The notes beneath the pieces are model-generated. The model was not told the DNA's origin. It ran no database searches and worked only from the letters and a program-made list of their open reading frames with translations. This document shows positions 38,740 to 51,400 of a stretch of DNA of 64,000 nt, in pieces (position 1 is the first letter of the stretch; each line of letters starts with the position of its first letter). The DNA is taken from the NCBI GenBank assembly GCA_977030845.1, contig OZ365114.1, positions 14,694,001-14,758,000 of the forward strand, written 5' to 3'. Position numbers and translations under genes: made by a program. The stretch comes from Fimbriosthenelais zetlandica (Eukaryota).

Positions 38740-40340
38740 TGAATCTATCAGCTTTTGTTAAATTGATTAAGTGTGTTGTATTCATTAATACTTGGTTTCA
38801 TGTAGTATGCAGAACTCATAATAGCAACAAAGTGCTCGACCGGAACGCCTCTACTCGGCAGTCCGTGTTTGACAGGTGTCAGATCACAAATTATCCCTCG
38901 TGATTTATCTGGTAAACAAGTCGACATCTGGCGCCAGTACAATATTGATGGCGCAGGCCAACCCTGATCACTGCCCAAACTAATAATTATATCGCTTAAT
39001 CAGGCCACCTTAATGAACAAACACAGCCCACAGGTTATAGATTGATCCTGACCGCAGCAAGGGGTAACAATCATGCTGTTTGCCGTGTTTCATTACCTTA
39101 TGTGTTCTACACATGCATGTCCTGTTGTAATATTGAGTCTCCACAAACAATTAAACGTTTTCAGTCCAAAATGACAGCATTACAGATGGCTGTCAGATCT
39201 TGAAATTTGTTTGCGACTTCCTTCGATTTCATTGATTGATGAATTGTTTCCAGAAGAGGTGAAATGCCCAGGGACCTCAATTGATGAATGAGAAGTATAA
39301 TTGTTTAATAAGTTCAGGGCTTTTGACGATAAGGGAAATAATGTAATTTTTAGTTCAGCCAAGAGCTTCTTGTTATTGTTATTGCAATGCGGCTTTCCTG
39401 GGTTTTAAACATTGTACACTCTGCGCGGGATTTTCATTATGTCTGCCAGGGCATGGTCTACATTAATAAGTAAATACGCCCCTCCGGGCAAAAAGGCCTC
39501 TGGACATCATTGCGACTTGCCTGGGACGGAAATTAATCCCATGGCAGTTGCACGAAACGCTGCGTGTTGTACAAATTAGAGGAAATTAGTCTCTGAAAAA
39601 AGGGTGGAAACCAAAAGTTGAAAATGGTGCACACTCTGGTGGAAGGTAGTTAAAATTTCACGAGACACCTGTGGAAAATAACTCAGTCCACTAGTTCAGA
39701 GAGAAATCAAAATGAATGTGACGAATGTGTGGCAAATATGGTCTGAAATATAAAAGGACAAGCGCATGTATGCCCTTAAAAGCACAAAATGAACTTAACC
39801 AGTTTCGAAAGATAAGCTTCAGAATGTCCAAATCCCTATGGAATCCGATAAAATTCTATTCTCCCCAAATGTTCATAGAAATATGGAAAAAAATGTATCA
39901 TTTGCTGAATCCTTTCTGTGCATGGGTGAATTAGATCCCATTACATATTTAAGAGACTCGGGTCATTCCCCGAGTTGTTGGAAGAGGTGTAAGGAAGTAG
40001 TTTAGAGTGTATAAAGGGACTGAGCCAGCTCCAATGGAGTCGATAAAAGCTTTCAGTAGGACAGCCAGTCTAAAGGTATGTCAACATGGATGCTTTAGGA
40101 GGAGGCGTCAAACCAGCCTTTCTTGCCAATTTAGTCAATCAGATATGGGGGGATGAGATCAACAAACAATTCCGACCTCGCTTGCCTGCTCACGCTGGGT
40201 AAACTTACAAGAGTGAGGCATGACAATATAAGGTAATGGTGTCTCCTGACCCTCGCATACACACCATTATTATTGGCCAGTCAAATCAGCAGCTGATTCC
40301 CGCCTCTCCCCGTGTAACATAAGACAACCAGCACAGATGA
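38740..40340 (-). mobile_element. Degenerate CR1/L2-like LINE ORF2 (APE plus RT)
   Basis: APE-like TGRGGNQLLI, VGIVC.SHPP, LLSTP...QSLYTL (39990-40340). RT-like DLTPVKHGLPSRGV (cf. L.V..GVPQGS) at 38850-38890. Confidence 0.55.
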
Positions 40341-42457
40341 GATTCATCCAGAGATCAAGGTAGAGTAACAGCGAGATATATACAAATATTGAATCATAAC
40401 TTCCCCACAAAGCCGGCGAAAACACTTTAGAAGGAAATAATGTAGTATTTCGAGGGTACAATGGTGCCTCAATATAAAAAAAATCTCTGACTGGCGAACA
40501 AATTGGATTCTTTAGAATTCCATGCTGGCGATGCGGCTGGGGTTTCTTATTTATAAGTTTATTTTTCTCTGGGGAGATTATAGAATATAGTGAAAGACAT
40601 TATTGTGTTCATTCAATATGAACAGTGAGTTAGGCGTATCCTTCCATCTGTATTCATTTTAGCTGAATACTTACCAATGCATATTTAAAATCCTGTGTGG
40701 CATTTATACCTTCCCCATCCTTTTCACAGAGAACAATAAGCTGAATGCATATCATGGAGACAGAACAAATTAAGTTTGAAAATCGTGTTCATCCTCTTAA
40801 TGTGCCGCTTAATGAAGTCCGTGTCGTATGAGAGGAATCAATCATATCAGATTCTTCTCTACAGTGATTTAACATATTTTATAAATTCTTGAAAGGAATG
40901 AGAATCCTTGTATTTAAGCTTCTTTCCATGAGCAGATTGTCGGAAAGCGAGAGTGGGAATGATTCAATTAGCGAGCAGTTCACTCTATATGGAGGTGGCA
41001 ACTGCAAAGCAAGACATGGCTGAGTGGACCTAGCCAGAGCTGGCTCACCAGGGTGTCTACTATGGCCACACAGGAATCAGATTGATCGGCGTGGCCTTGG
41101 GGTCAATACTTATAGATCGCTATGTCTGGTTTTGCCATGGGCTGTTGAGCGGTGGGGGTTCCACCACGTGCACTCATACTTATGTTTTCACAAAACACCC
41201 GGACTTGTGATTCATTGATCGCTTGTCGATCCAAGTCTCGAGTTCATCTCGTCTACGTGTGAAAACTGTCACCCCATGTGGAGTTGTCGAGTTATTTTCT
41301 TTCCCGGCCTCCCCCTGAGTTAGCCAGCGACAGGACGACATAGTCTAATGTCAGAGCAGTGGGTTGTCAACCATGATAGGTCATTTAGCAGACAGCGGAT
41401 TCCGCGAGGTGCCAATCTCTTCCGGCATCCCAGAGTCAAAATAAGACATCGAAATGTTATCTAACACATTACTGGATATGTTCTGCAGTGGCAGCTGAGC
41501 ATATTATTTACCTTCCCCTGCCATACGAAATATCAGTGGAATAATGTATTTTCATAGATAGAGATCTCATAAGTGTATAGCTATAGCATTTAGACACGAA
41601 CTATAATGTGATATAAGTATACATTTGTCTTGCGCTAGTATTTGGATAGATCAATAATCGAAGAGGACCGTAATCAGAATGGATAAGGCTATGGTTCTGC
41701 TAGCAGCTGTGCTTGTCTCACACTCCATAAAAAAAACTATCCCTTCCATTATCCCAGTAGATGCTGGTTAGAGATGATACTTTTCCCACCAATGCTCATT
41801 CCGAAGTCTTATTTTCCCCGTGGTGCATTTTTGATGTACTTCTTTATGTCTACAGTACCAAGGTTTGTGTATGAAAAAGATGAAGCTTTTTTTAAACAAA
41901 CAATTCTTTTTACCGCCATATAGGGGCAGCCAAGACTTATGTACAGTAGCATTGCTCAGTTGCCATTATACAGTCTATTTTATTACAGTAAGTGGGTTGA
42001 TTTACCTTGTCATATCTATAATGTATCAGATTTAAATGAGAGATTGGGCGACCAGATGGTGCAACAAGAGTGGATCCTGACAATGTACCACTCTAAAATG
42101 CTAGATACATCCTTATATTGAATCGTTAACTAATTTAAACAAGAATTATGTTGCATTCATATTTTGTTCTGAAGTGTTCATGTTCCTTCTGAGTTTTATT
42201 ACCGAAATATAAATTGTGATGCAGAATTTAGAGAAACTCATGATGTGATGATATAAAAAAAATCATCATCGAAATGGGTTTCTGAGATCGGTAATGGTCC
42301 CATGATATTTTTTTTACTGTTTTGAAAGAACATAGTGGAAAAACTATGAAAAAAATACTTACAACAGAAGGAACAAGGAGAGGATCTGTGTGTTCAATGG
42401 TTTTATATGATAAACTCCGGGTGGGAAACTGATGAATTTGGAAGTCAAAGAACTTAC

Positions 42458-42611
42458 CTTGGCCCTCGTCAGTGACTGGAGAGAATGGCGTCCTCTGTTG
42501 CTGTTTCCAGTACCACCAAATAAGTGCTCCCATTAGAGACAAAAAGATGAGCACCGAGATGACAGCAGCCGTTGCTATAGTAACCATGCTGGTTGAAGTC
42601 TCTTTGTAGTC
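42458..42611 (-). CDS. Internal exon encoding the transmembrane and juxtamembrane segment of a single-pass membrane protein
   Basis: Strong acceptor ttctcctttgttctccttcacag and donor CAAG|gtaagt. 154 bp, phase 0 to 1. Encodes DYKETSTS-MVTIATAAVISVLIFLSLMGALIWWYW-KQQQRTPFSPVTDEGQ: a hydrophobic stretch followed by basic residues. Gene not identifiable. Confidence 0.7.
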
Positions 42612-43949
42612 CTGTGAAGGAGAACAAAAGGAGAAATTGGTCAAAAAGAGCCATTCTTACATGTTACCAGGGCAGTTTAGTGTCCACTTGGCATGTTAGG
42701 AGGTTCTTGGTCAACTCCTTCAAAATGCATTATGGAAAAAACGCGTGGAATTTGCTGTTGAAGGGTCAAGGTAATTGGTAGAGGTAACTAGGTTTAGAAA
42801 AAGTGCATTATTTGATTTGAAAAATGCTAATTTTTAGTTACAATGTTTCAAAAAATACAATGTGTCCAACAATATGAGTTTGTATGTCTCCTACCTTTAG
42901 CGAAATAGTACTTTGTCTGTTTTTACTTTATTTCATTTTGGAAGAGCATTATTATTACACCAATTTTGATATCAACTGGGACATTTTTTTTCAGTGATAT
43001 TAGTAAACCTGACAAATGTCTTTGTTCATGTTTGATTAATACCATATGCACTGAACACAGAGATGAGAGTGTATCATCAATGTACATTACGTATATAAAC
43101 GTATATAAAACCAGTTTTGACAATGGCAGAGTCATCTCTATTATCTATCATGAATGCATTATGGTAATATAAAGTGTCTGTTGAATTGTAATATTTCCAT
43201 TACATGGATACTACGTAGCGAAGTATTGCATCGTACATCTGGGGATTAAGAGCTTTTACCCTGATATCTTTCCTGATATTGTAGTGAGTCTGGATTCTTT
43301 CCTAACCCACTATCCATCAATCTAGTCCCTAGAGGAAAACAAAACCCTGGAAATGCTGACCAAATATGTACATATCTAATGCACCCATCAGTTGTGGATC
43401 TAAAGTGGGTGTCTGGGTCACTGCATTACTTTGTTTTCCACTTTAAGCATGGAGCAAGCAGAAGATCCCCTCTGTGCATACATGTGTAGAGCAGGGGAAT
43501 CTTCCCCTGTAACATAAAGCATTGGCAAACACGAAAGAGACCCGAGCTATCGTGTTATTGGGAGACGTAAGGTGAACTCTTCATAATGGCATAGGCCTAT
43601 AATATATGCTTATACAGTTAGTAAGGAATTAGGATGAAAGTGTTCCTCTGTGCATTTCTACAGGATTATGGCAAATACAAATTGCAAATACTCAAAGGAT
43701 GTGTTTTAATAGGCTTGTCAAAAGAGGCGTTACGCAGAAACTACAAAACATAATATTTAACAAATCCCCTTAGTTCATTGGCAACATCAAGCTGTTAGCT
43801 GCAAGCAACAGACAACCAATGTTTTGAACGACACAGAAGTCACTTGTCTCTCCCTCTACTTCACTTGCTCAAAATGTTCCTTTGATTCCCTTCTGCAGCC
43901 CTGGCATCGTTTCACAATGTGATCTGACTCATGAAAGACCCCTTCAGCC

Positions 43950-44330
43950 ATACTGCAGTCTGGTCTGTTCAATTAAATTGCTCAAGTTTAAAGGAATGGA
44001 GCCATGAAGTTGTTCTCTGTGGCCCCTCAAGGGAAGCAACTGGTGTGTGTTGATCGATAGGTCGGGCTGTGAACACATTCTCTGGGCAAAGCTAACGTGT
44101 CCTTTGGCAGAAACCTTCACTGTGCTGTTTTATCTTACAGAGAGCGGAAGCCATTGCCCTCAGACCCAATAACCAAAAAGAAGCGACTGCTTCAGCAACA
44201 AAGACATGGGGAGAAACTCCCAACAGCGCCGCTGGTATACACCCCTGCAATCAATGCCAGAGGGACGTATCTCCAGCATGGTTTGCCGAGCACTGGGTGA
44301 TTGCCTTTTTGTGTGAAGGCAAGATATCCA
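43950..44330 (+). mobile_element. RTE-like LINE 3' end relic
   Basis: ITKKKRLLQQQR and HPCNQCQRD...EH resemble the RTE C-terminal KR.RRK...C..C.R....L.SH region. Confidence 0.4.
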
Positions 44331-44554
44331 CTGGTATGGACACTGTCACGTCCGATTCCATCGATTGGTGTTGTATCATTATGAGACAGACTGGAACATA
44401 TGGATGGCCGGCTAATATCCCTTCACCAGACATGTTCTATGGTCTGTTTCTGGTCGGTTGTTGTTAGGGCAATTGGAGGGTGGTATTCAGGGCTTGGTTT
44501 CATATCCCACATTCCCATGTGTACAAATATATACACAAAGACTAGTGTATATAG

Positions 44555-44645
44555 CCCCTTCCACCACCACCTACCTACCCCCACCCCCACCTGACACCCT
44601 CCCCCCCTCCCCACAACCTCCTGAGCATATACCTCCACCCACTCC
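44555..44645. repeat. C-rich low-complexity tract (G-runs on minus strand)
   Basis: Multiple C3-C7 runs; this accounts for the poly-Pro/poly-Gly ORFs in the track. Confidence 0.8.
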
Positions 44646-45249
44646 TTGCTTGTGATGGCGTAGCGAGCAGCTCTCTATTGAGTGAGGCCGGTTTCCGGAT
44701 GGTTCATATGAACATGCCTGCCTCCATGGAGGAGAACCAACAACCACTGAAACGGCACTCACAGGCATGCCTAGAGGGAGAGCCCAGGCTAGATGCTATG
44801 CCAGATTGTATAGGAGGAGATTAATCCACACAATAAGGGGCATGTAGAGATGCTTGACAACTGCTGCAAACATTTGCTCACATACAAAGGCTTGCCTGCA
44901 TAGTAGAAATATAAGGTGACTAGCTATAGAAAGTTATGCCTTGATTTAGTGTAGCCAACAACACTCGCAAGACAACTACATTCGGCCAGCATGAGCTACA
45001 GATACAATAGTTTATAAATTAGCAAACGAAAGCACTACATTGTTTTATTTGCGCCAAATAACATTTTCATTATTCCTCTTGATATTTCCCAATGCAGTTT
45101 ATTGTGCACTTAATTAAAAGTTGTATCGTAGAATACCCATACTGAATAGGTTTAGAAGTTCCTCTTCACTTCCGAAATAGGAATCCTTCCATTAACAACC
45201 CGTCGAGATGAAAGAATACTATTTGTTTTTAATTTTACACTTCTCTTTC

Positions 45250-45470
45250 CTCCCGTATCTTCTCTCTCAACTTGTCGGATGTACCTCGACATTTATTGAC
45301 GATGCTTCTCCACTTTCCATCCTGTCCCTACCAAATTTGTCCTTCCAATCTTTCAGCCCCTCGGCCAGTCTTGAAATTCCTGTCGTTGCTCATGTTTACC
45401 TATCACAAATTGGATGGCCTACTCCCGCTGGACAACCAAGGTTTCCATGTGTTCCACCTAATCCATATCA
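45250..45470 (-). mobile_element. RTE-like LINE 3' end relic
   Basis: TGRGAERLEGQI...QDGKWRSIVNK resembles GRP..RW.D.I...A.DR..WR.IV. Confidence 0.4.
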
Positions 45471-45886
45471 AATTATGAAGCTACACAGTTCAAGTACAGA
45501 AAACAAATTATTTTTCCTCTGGAATCAATCATTTTCTTTCACAGATAGGGAATTTCTCAGAATTGGACTGCATAAACAGTACAGTCAAAATCGTACTAGG
45601 AAATATAAATTACATGTATCCAAGCTAGAAAGATGCTGTTAGAAACCCTGATGATCAAACAGATGAAAAAGATAAAAACAATAACCCTTTAACATTTGAC
45701 CGGAGCGAGCTTCCTTGGTTAAAGAAAGGGCGTTGATAATTTGACACCGCAGGTTGCCAGGAAAACCGAGATTGTTTTGAAGATCAGATCACTAAGTTTA
45801 TTCAGAGAGTTTTTGCCGGTGAAGCTTTTGCAACACAGACCTGACATGAAAAGTGCTCCCACATAATCAGCTTTCGAATAATTATT

Positions 45887-46077
45887 CCCCGTGTTGCATA
45901 ACATCAGCGAGCGTTCGCTGGACAAGTTTCGTAGAAAATAAAACACCGACGTCTACGACCCCTCGCAGGGCCATCAACTAACGACAACACTACATGTGAA
46001 AAATGCTTCGTGATGTGTCAACAATTTTTTCTACGAAAATTCGCTACGAGCGCTCGCTGAAGTTATGCAACGAGGGG
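45887..46077. mobile_element. 191-bp MITE, possibly PIF/Harbinger-related
   Basis: ~50-bp imperfect TIRs (CCCCGTGTTGCATAACATCAGCGAGCG... / ...CGCTCGCTGAAGTTATGCAACGAGGGG) flanked by the 3-bp direct repeat ATT. Confidence 0.8.
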
Positions 46078-46804
46078 ATTGTTTTTATCCATAATGCACT
46101 GAGAAATCTATGGAAATATAAAAGTCCATTTGGTTGAAGATCTGAATCATGAGTTGTTATACAACGAACTATAGATGCTTATCTCTTATATAGTTCTGCA
46201 TTATTCTGAATGTAAAATGGCCTGGCTCAAAAACAAATACATAAAAGTTTTGTATCAGACAAAGGCTCAGTTTCATGTTTCAATATCAATATTGGATTCT
46301 ATTCACAGAGACTGCATCAGACAACATTAATAGGAGGAAAAACCAACAGTTGCCATTATACTGCAACACTGCAGTTTGCCAACTTCCTTTGCCTATCAAT
46401 GCATTAAGCTTGACATTTCGTTGGTCTCATAGGGACAATAAATCATGTTAGGTAAACATACTGGAACGTTTAGTGAGGTTCCTTCTTCCCAGGTGAGCTA
46501 TTGTTAAATATCAAGCCTATTCTATAGCACATAGACAGAGTCTGGGATGATTACTGTATCAGATTTGCACTGTCATTGACTACAGGCAACCCTACTAATC
46601 GTGTCTATCAGATTCCATCCAACTCCTAGAAGGTATTTAAAAAAGCTCAGTGACCATGAAGACAAAAATTTGTACAAGATAATATTCATACACCATCAGA
46701 AATAGGGTTAGCGAATCCACCAAGCTTAAAGATATGCCAACAACTTGGGGTAAAGTTATTTTCCTAGGATAAATCGCCCCAGGGAAAGAGATTCATGAGA
46801 GTCG

Positions 46805-47012
46805 GCCATCTTTAGCAAGTATGATGTCACAGGATGTTGGTTAGCCAATGAGGAAGGAGTTACCAATGCTCTACACATCACTGAACTGAAACTGAACTGT
46901 TAGATGGAGCTCCGTGTGTAGAAAAGTGGCAATGCACCAAACCCTTCCTTATTGTGATTGGCTAACCAACATCATGTGACATCCTGTGACATCATACTTG
47001 CTAAAAGATGGC
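46805..47012. mobile_element. Palindromic MITE / foldback element
   Basis: GCCATCTTTAGCAAGTATGATGTCACAGGATGTTGGTTAGCCAAT matches the reverse complement of the right end, which has a 10-bp internal duplication. TSD not resolved. Confidence 0.75.
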
Positions 47013-47266
47013 TGCGCTTTGACTGGGGGACTTATCATGTTTAGGAATTGATTTTCTCTGTCCTGAGACATCAGCCAGCTATAATTTTAGTGAAGTCAAC
47101 TATCTAAGGTCAGAATTACGTAGGAAAATACCAAGTATTTGGCATCCCTTTAAGATTCGGACAGGGCCAGTGAAGCTGATCCATTCATCGTATTCTGAAT
47201 GCGAACTTGGCATCAATCTATGCTCTAGATCACCATGAACAATCGATATATGCCACACTGATCTTG

Positions 47267-49130
47267 TCAGGGGAGGATCCGTGCATGGAGGGAGGCAGAA
47301 AAGGGGTGATGTAAACCCCTAGCGTGTGGGCAAGATTTTGGCCGGAGCATAAGATGTGTGCCTCGACACCATGCATGGAATGCAGCTCGGCATGTAGTTG
47401 GGGGCAGCCTGTATGCCGTTGTGTATTGTCCACTGCTTGGCTTTTGGCCTCCCATCCTCTGCAGGGGTACTGGCCTCTGGCCCAGGATCATGCATATCAA
47501 ATTTTCAGGCCCACTGGTGAGGCTTATGTGGTGAGGGAGCCATACATATGCGGCCTTTTCCTCGGCATATCCCATGGCATTAATCAGAAAACTCCAGCAA
47601 TGGATGATGGATCTCTTCTTGTTGGCATAAGGCAAACTGTACAACAACCACAGGGCTGATCCACAGTTTCTCCAAGTTTGGTTTGCCTCCACCCACCGTG
47701 CACATCATATATATACGAATACGTTGTGGCACCTATTTTACATCACATAAAGTACAGCCATTAGCGAAATTGACTGCATCAAGTTATGGATAATTGTCAA
47801 TCAAGTTCAATCTAAAGCTTTCCACCTATACACCTCTCATCTTATTGTCAGGGGACGACCTCTTATTTCATCAGAATCTTAATTCTTATCAATATACAGC
47901 AACAGAACCTCGCCCTAGGTAACGCTGTTATTTGGTAATTCAGGTCTTTTTTTCAGGGCCCTATGAAATGGCCATAATAACAGTGTATTGCTCTTAGCCT
48001 AATTGCGCAATGTCATAAAACACTTGTCCATACTTGATGCTAAAAAGGAACTAGAGGAGCACACAGTCATGTATTCATTAGCTGACACTTCGGAAAGCAC
48101 TGAGTGAGGAAAGTGAGGAAGCTTTTTATCATTGTTACCATTTTTGAACGCAGCTTCAGAAACCCTGAATGTATATATATGCCCATACGTAGGCCTATAC
48201 CTATATGGACTATAATCTTCTCTCAAGTGTTTGATGTTGACAGAAAGAGATAAAATATGGCTCAGGCTGTCAAACATGATGCACTCGGGGATAATGTTGA
48301 CTTGAAAAGCAAATAGTGTTTTTACTTTTAAAGCTGCATGAAGTGTTTTTTTTGGTCATTTATGGTGCTGCTGTTCTTGCGCTTGTCTCCTATAACTGCG
48401 ATGAATGACTTTTAGTTTGTTGAATAATCTCATCGTCATTAAAGAAATTTTAGCTGGCATCCATTTTCAGGGACACTTTAAGTTTCTCTAACTCCTCACA
48501 AGATGAAAGTGATTACCATTTAGATAACCTTGCTAAGAGAATGAGATAACTCAGTTGGGAACGATGCTACCCTGGCGATTATCCCTATTTGTAGCGGCTC
48601 CACTGCCGGAAATAGGGAGGAGCTTTGCGCATGCCTACCTCTAATGATAGCTAGGTTAACCAACTGGCAGCAAGAAAAATAGCTGATCATGGGCAGTACC
48701 ATGCACACTGTGCTCTACCAGCTATGAAATTGTAATGCTCCAGCAGGGAATCATGTCTTAAGACGCACCAATCAAATCAGTTGTTTTATCTGCCTGGGCT
48801 CAGGATTTATGCAGCGCATGGCGATTCCTGCCTTGCTAGTGTCTCTTCTGTTAGGAGACCACGTCTGAATATGCTGGCCAAGAAGGAAGCAGGCAGGGGG
48901 GCGGGTACTGTGCTGATCGGTGATCGCCCTGGGCACATGGATCAAGTTGAACGTCCATCTACCAAGGTCAATCTCTCCCGAGGCGAACCCAAGTCCGTAT
49001 GAAAATGAATTTGCACGTATTTGTTTATGAGAATGCACTGAACATTCAATGGAAGGATCCCATTAAGGCGAAACCTTCCTCTTATAATTTTTATGTCAGC
49101 AGGGCTATAGGTAGGGGGAATATGCACTTG
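47267..49130 (-). mobile_element. Degenerate Ty3/Gypsy pol (RT-RH-IN)
   Basis: RT-like YSPADIKII and RLNGILPLNVQC (ORF 48942-49127). Integrase-like LLYSLPYA...IIHCWSF, AYVWLPHHISLTSGP, YTTAYRLP..CRAAFH (ORF 47267-47692). Confidence 0.55.
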
Positions 49131-51049
49131 AACTGCATGTGAGGGAGATTTAAATGTACAGGGACAGCACTAGTAGTTAACAGGTATATATAGAAATCTC
49201 TACTTATGATTTCATATGGAACTTCATGACTTCATGATTGCATTATAATGACTGTATCTCATGCCCTAATAAAACAAATTTAGAAAGAGGAAGAACGAGA
49301 GATGGAATGAGAGCGGCTCTTAGAGGGAACAAAGTCTCCTGTATAAGGTAGGACAATGACGTTTTAGTAGCTTCATCTTGCTGATTAATGAGAACAAGAC
49401 AGACCTTTCCTAAGTAGGACATAAAATACAGATGTATTCAAAGCATTCTCTGTTCTATTTCCCATGAATCACTTAACAGTCACAGGGACATTAAGACAGA
49501 TAAAGCAATAGATATCCGAGCTATACCTTGTTCTAGATAGAGGCAACAGTCAGAAAGGTCATATTTGAAAATTGTGTGGCAATAAACATAACAGGCTGTC
49601 CTTGCTGTGAAAAAGAGCGTTTGCTCCGAATCCAAATGGGTTGTCAATATCTCTGAAGCATGCCTAAAGGGAATCCGAATAGCATTGAATTGCCTTTAGA
49701 CTATAATTTAATACGAAGTTTCATGTGCATCTTACAATATCAGCATGCCACAAATGACATTTTTAGAGGAACATTCAGGTATGTATAGGCATTTACTGGT
49801 TGGTAAAGATAAATCTGAAGCGGCCATTTTCTGAGGATTCAATTCCCTAGGCTAGAACACGCAGTCACAAATCAAGGTGAGGGGATGAACCATTTAGAGC
49901 CGAGACTCCTGCCTTTTGGCACCTTGACTCATGCTGGACAGCTCAAATCTATCATACCGTCGGACAAATCATATCTCCGTTAAATTCCCGGTCAGTTCCA
50001 CCCACAAAATCCCACCTCGTAAATGGCTCAGCACGACCAGCAGTCTCATAATTTCTGGAGCAACCCTCTGAATCATTTCCAAAGGGCAAGACGAGAAAAG
50101 AGCCTGCCTCTTGCTTATTAATCACTTTTCGCACTTATTTTTTGTATCGATATAGGTTGCCTCCAGGGAGGGTTTCCCCGCTAAAGCCACACTGACTCTG
50201 TATGAGAGGGAGCTAAAGCGAGCTGACAACCTATTGGTTTATCAGTCCGCTACCAGGGCAGACTGGTCCTGGTCCTGACAACTTGTCTGCACTATTGAGC
50301 ATCAGTCACGAGCTTTTCGTGGTGTGATGGTGCTTAGACTACTATCTATCACTGAAGCCTTGACCGCTTACTATGCTGAAGGAGGGTCTGACTGAGGTCT
50401 GACCAATAGAAGGTCATACTCATATGTCTTCAGCCTTCAGTCTGCTAGCAGCTACTATTTTCAAGCATTGACAGACATGGGCACCACACCAGCCCAGACT
50501 GTCAAATAGAAAAAAACAGCATTCAAGTATGTGAGCCGTGAACATATAATAAGTTAATGTTCACGTTTGTGGCTTCCCTGCTTATAAGAGGCCAGTCGTA
50601 TACCTTTAACAGCATATTCTTGTTAAGAGGGAAACATGCCAGTTATAGATTACAGGGGACCTGCATACAACAGCTGCAGCTTCCCTTTGATCAAAGAGTG
50701 GGCCTGCACAAACGTCAGCTGTTGAGTATACTATGCTGCAAGGTTTGGAAGTGCTTCAAGTTAGCGATGCATTATGCTGCCTTTTGAAGGGCTTGAAAAC
50801 ACTTTCAACTACATAACTTAATAGATGGAAACTCCAGACTATATTAATAATAAGAGTCTGGCACTCTTAGAGAATATACATTAAGTCCAAGTCATACAAT
50901 ATACGTGCGAAGGAGTTATAGTGGTTATTACTATGAGCCTAAATGAAAATGTGATGGGCCAAATATAAACGTTTTATGTTTTGGGGCCAGTTCTCACTTT
51001 ATAAACTTTACACCAAGTTGTATGATTCTGCAACTAATGCGATGAATTG

Positions 51050-51400
51050 AAGCTGATAAAGACCAAAACGTGGGAATCTGGAGTCCTAGTCGAGAAAGAC
51101 GGGAAACCATCCTTTTCTAGCTCAATCTCGGTGATATAAAGGAGTCAGTTGATGACGGCCAAACCTCCGCCATCATCATCACATTGTCTTCCTGCCTTTT
51201 TGCTCCCGAGTGATAAAGAAACCAGCTCACTTTTCTACCCACCGCTCATCGTTCTCGCCTTAATCCGATCAAGCAAAGAAATGGTCCTGATGAAGTTGCT
51301 GGCGATTCTATAATGAGCCAGGGAGACTGATCCATTTAGCTCCCCTCTGACATGATCGAATGAAGTGTCTAATGTTACAGCAGGCGAAAAAGTCTATAAG
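51050..51400 (-). mobile_element. Penelope-like RT relic
   Basis: ITEIELEKDGF followed by a frameshifted FLD (cf. FTME.EKDG.LPFLD), with MG.SP..IA.NF-like residues upstream. Confidence 0.4.

Noticed and set aside
41505-41527. U1 snRNA-like TGGCAGGGGA on the minus strand
   Set aside because: Only ~10 nt match; no ATACTTACC 5' end, stem-loops or Sm site.
42661-42720. Exon just upstream of the TM exon (donor gtaaga at 42660)
   Set aside because: It would leave a 49-bp intron and all frames contain stops.
44458-44768. Proline-rich and glycine-rich ORFs
   Set aside because: By-products of a C-rich low-complexity tract.
45208-45642. Longest ORF in the track (144 aa) as a secreted protein
   Set aside because: Ser/Leu/Pro/Phe-rich composition is what the antisense of the purine-rich RTE tail would give; no domain recognised.
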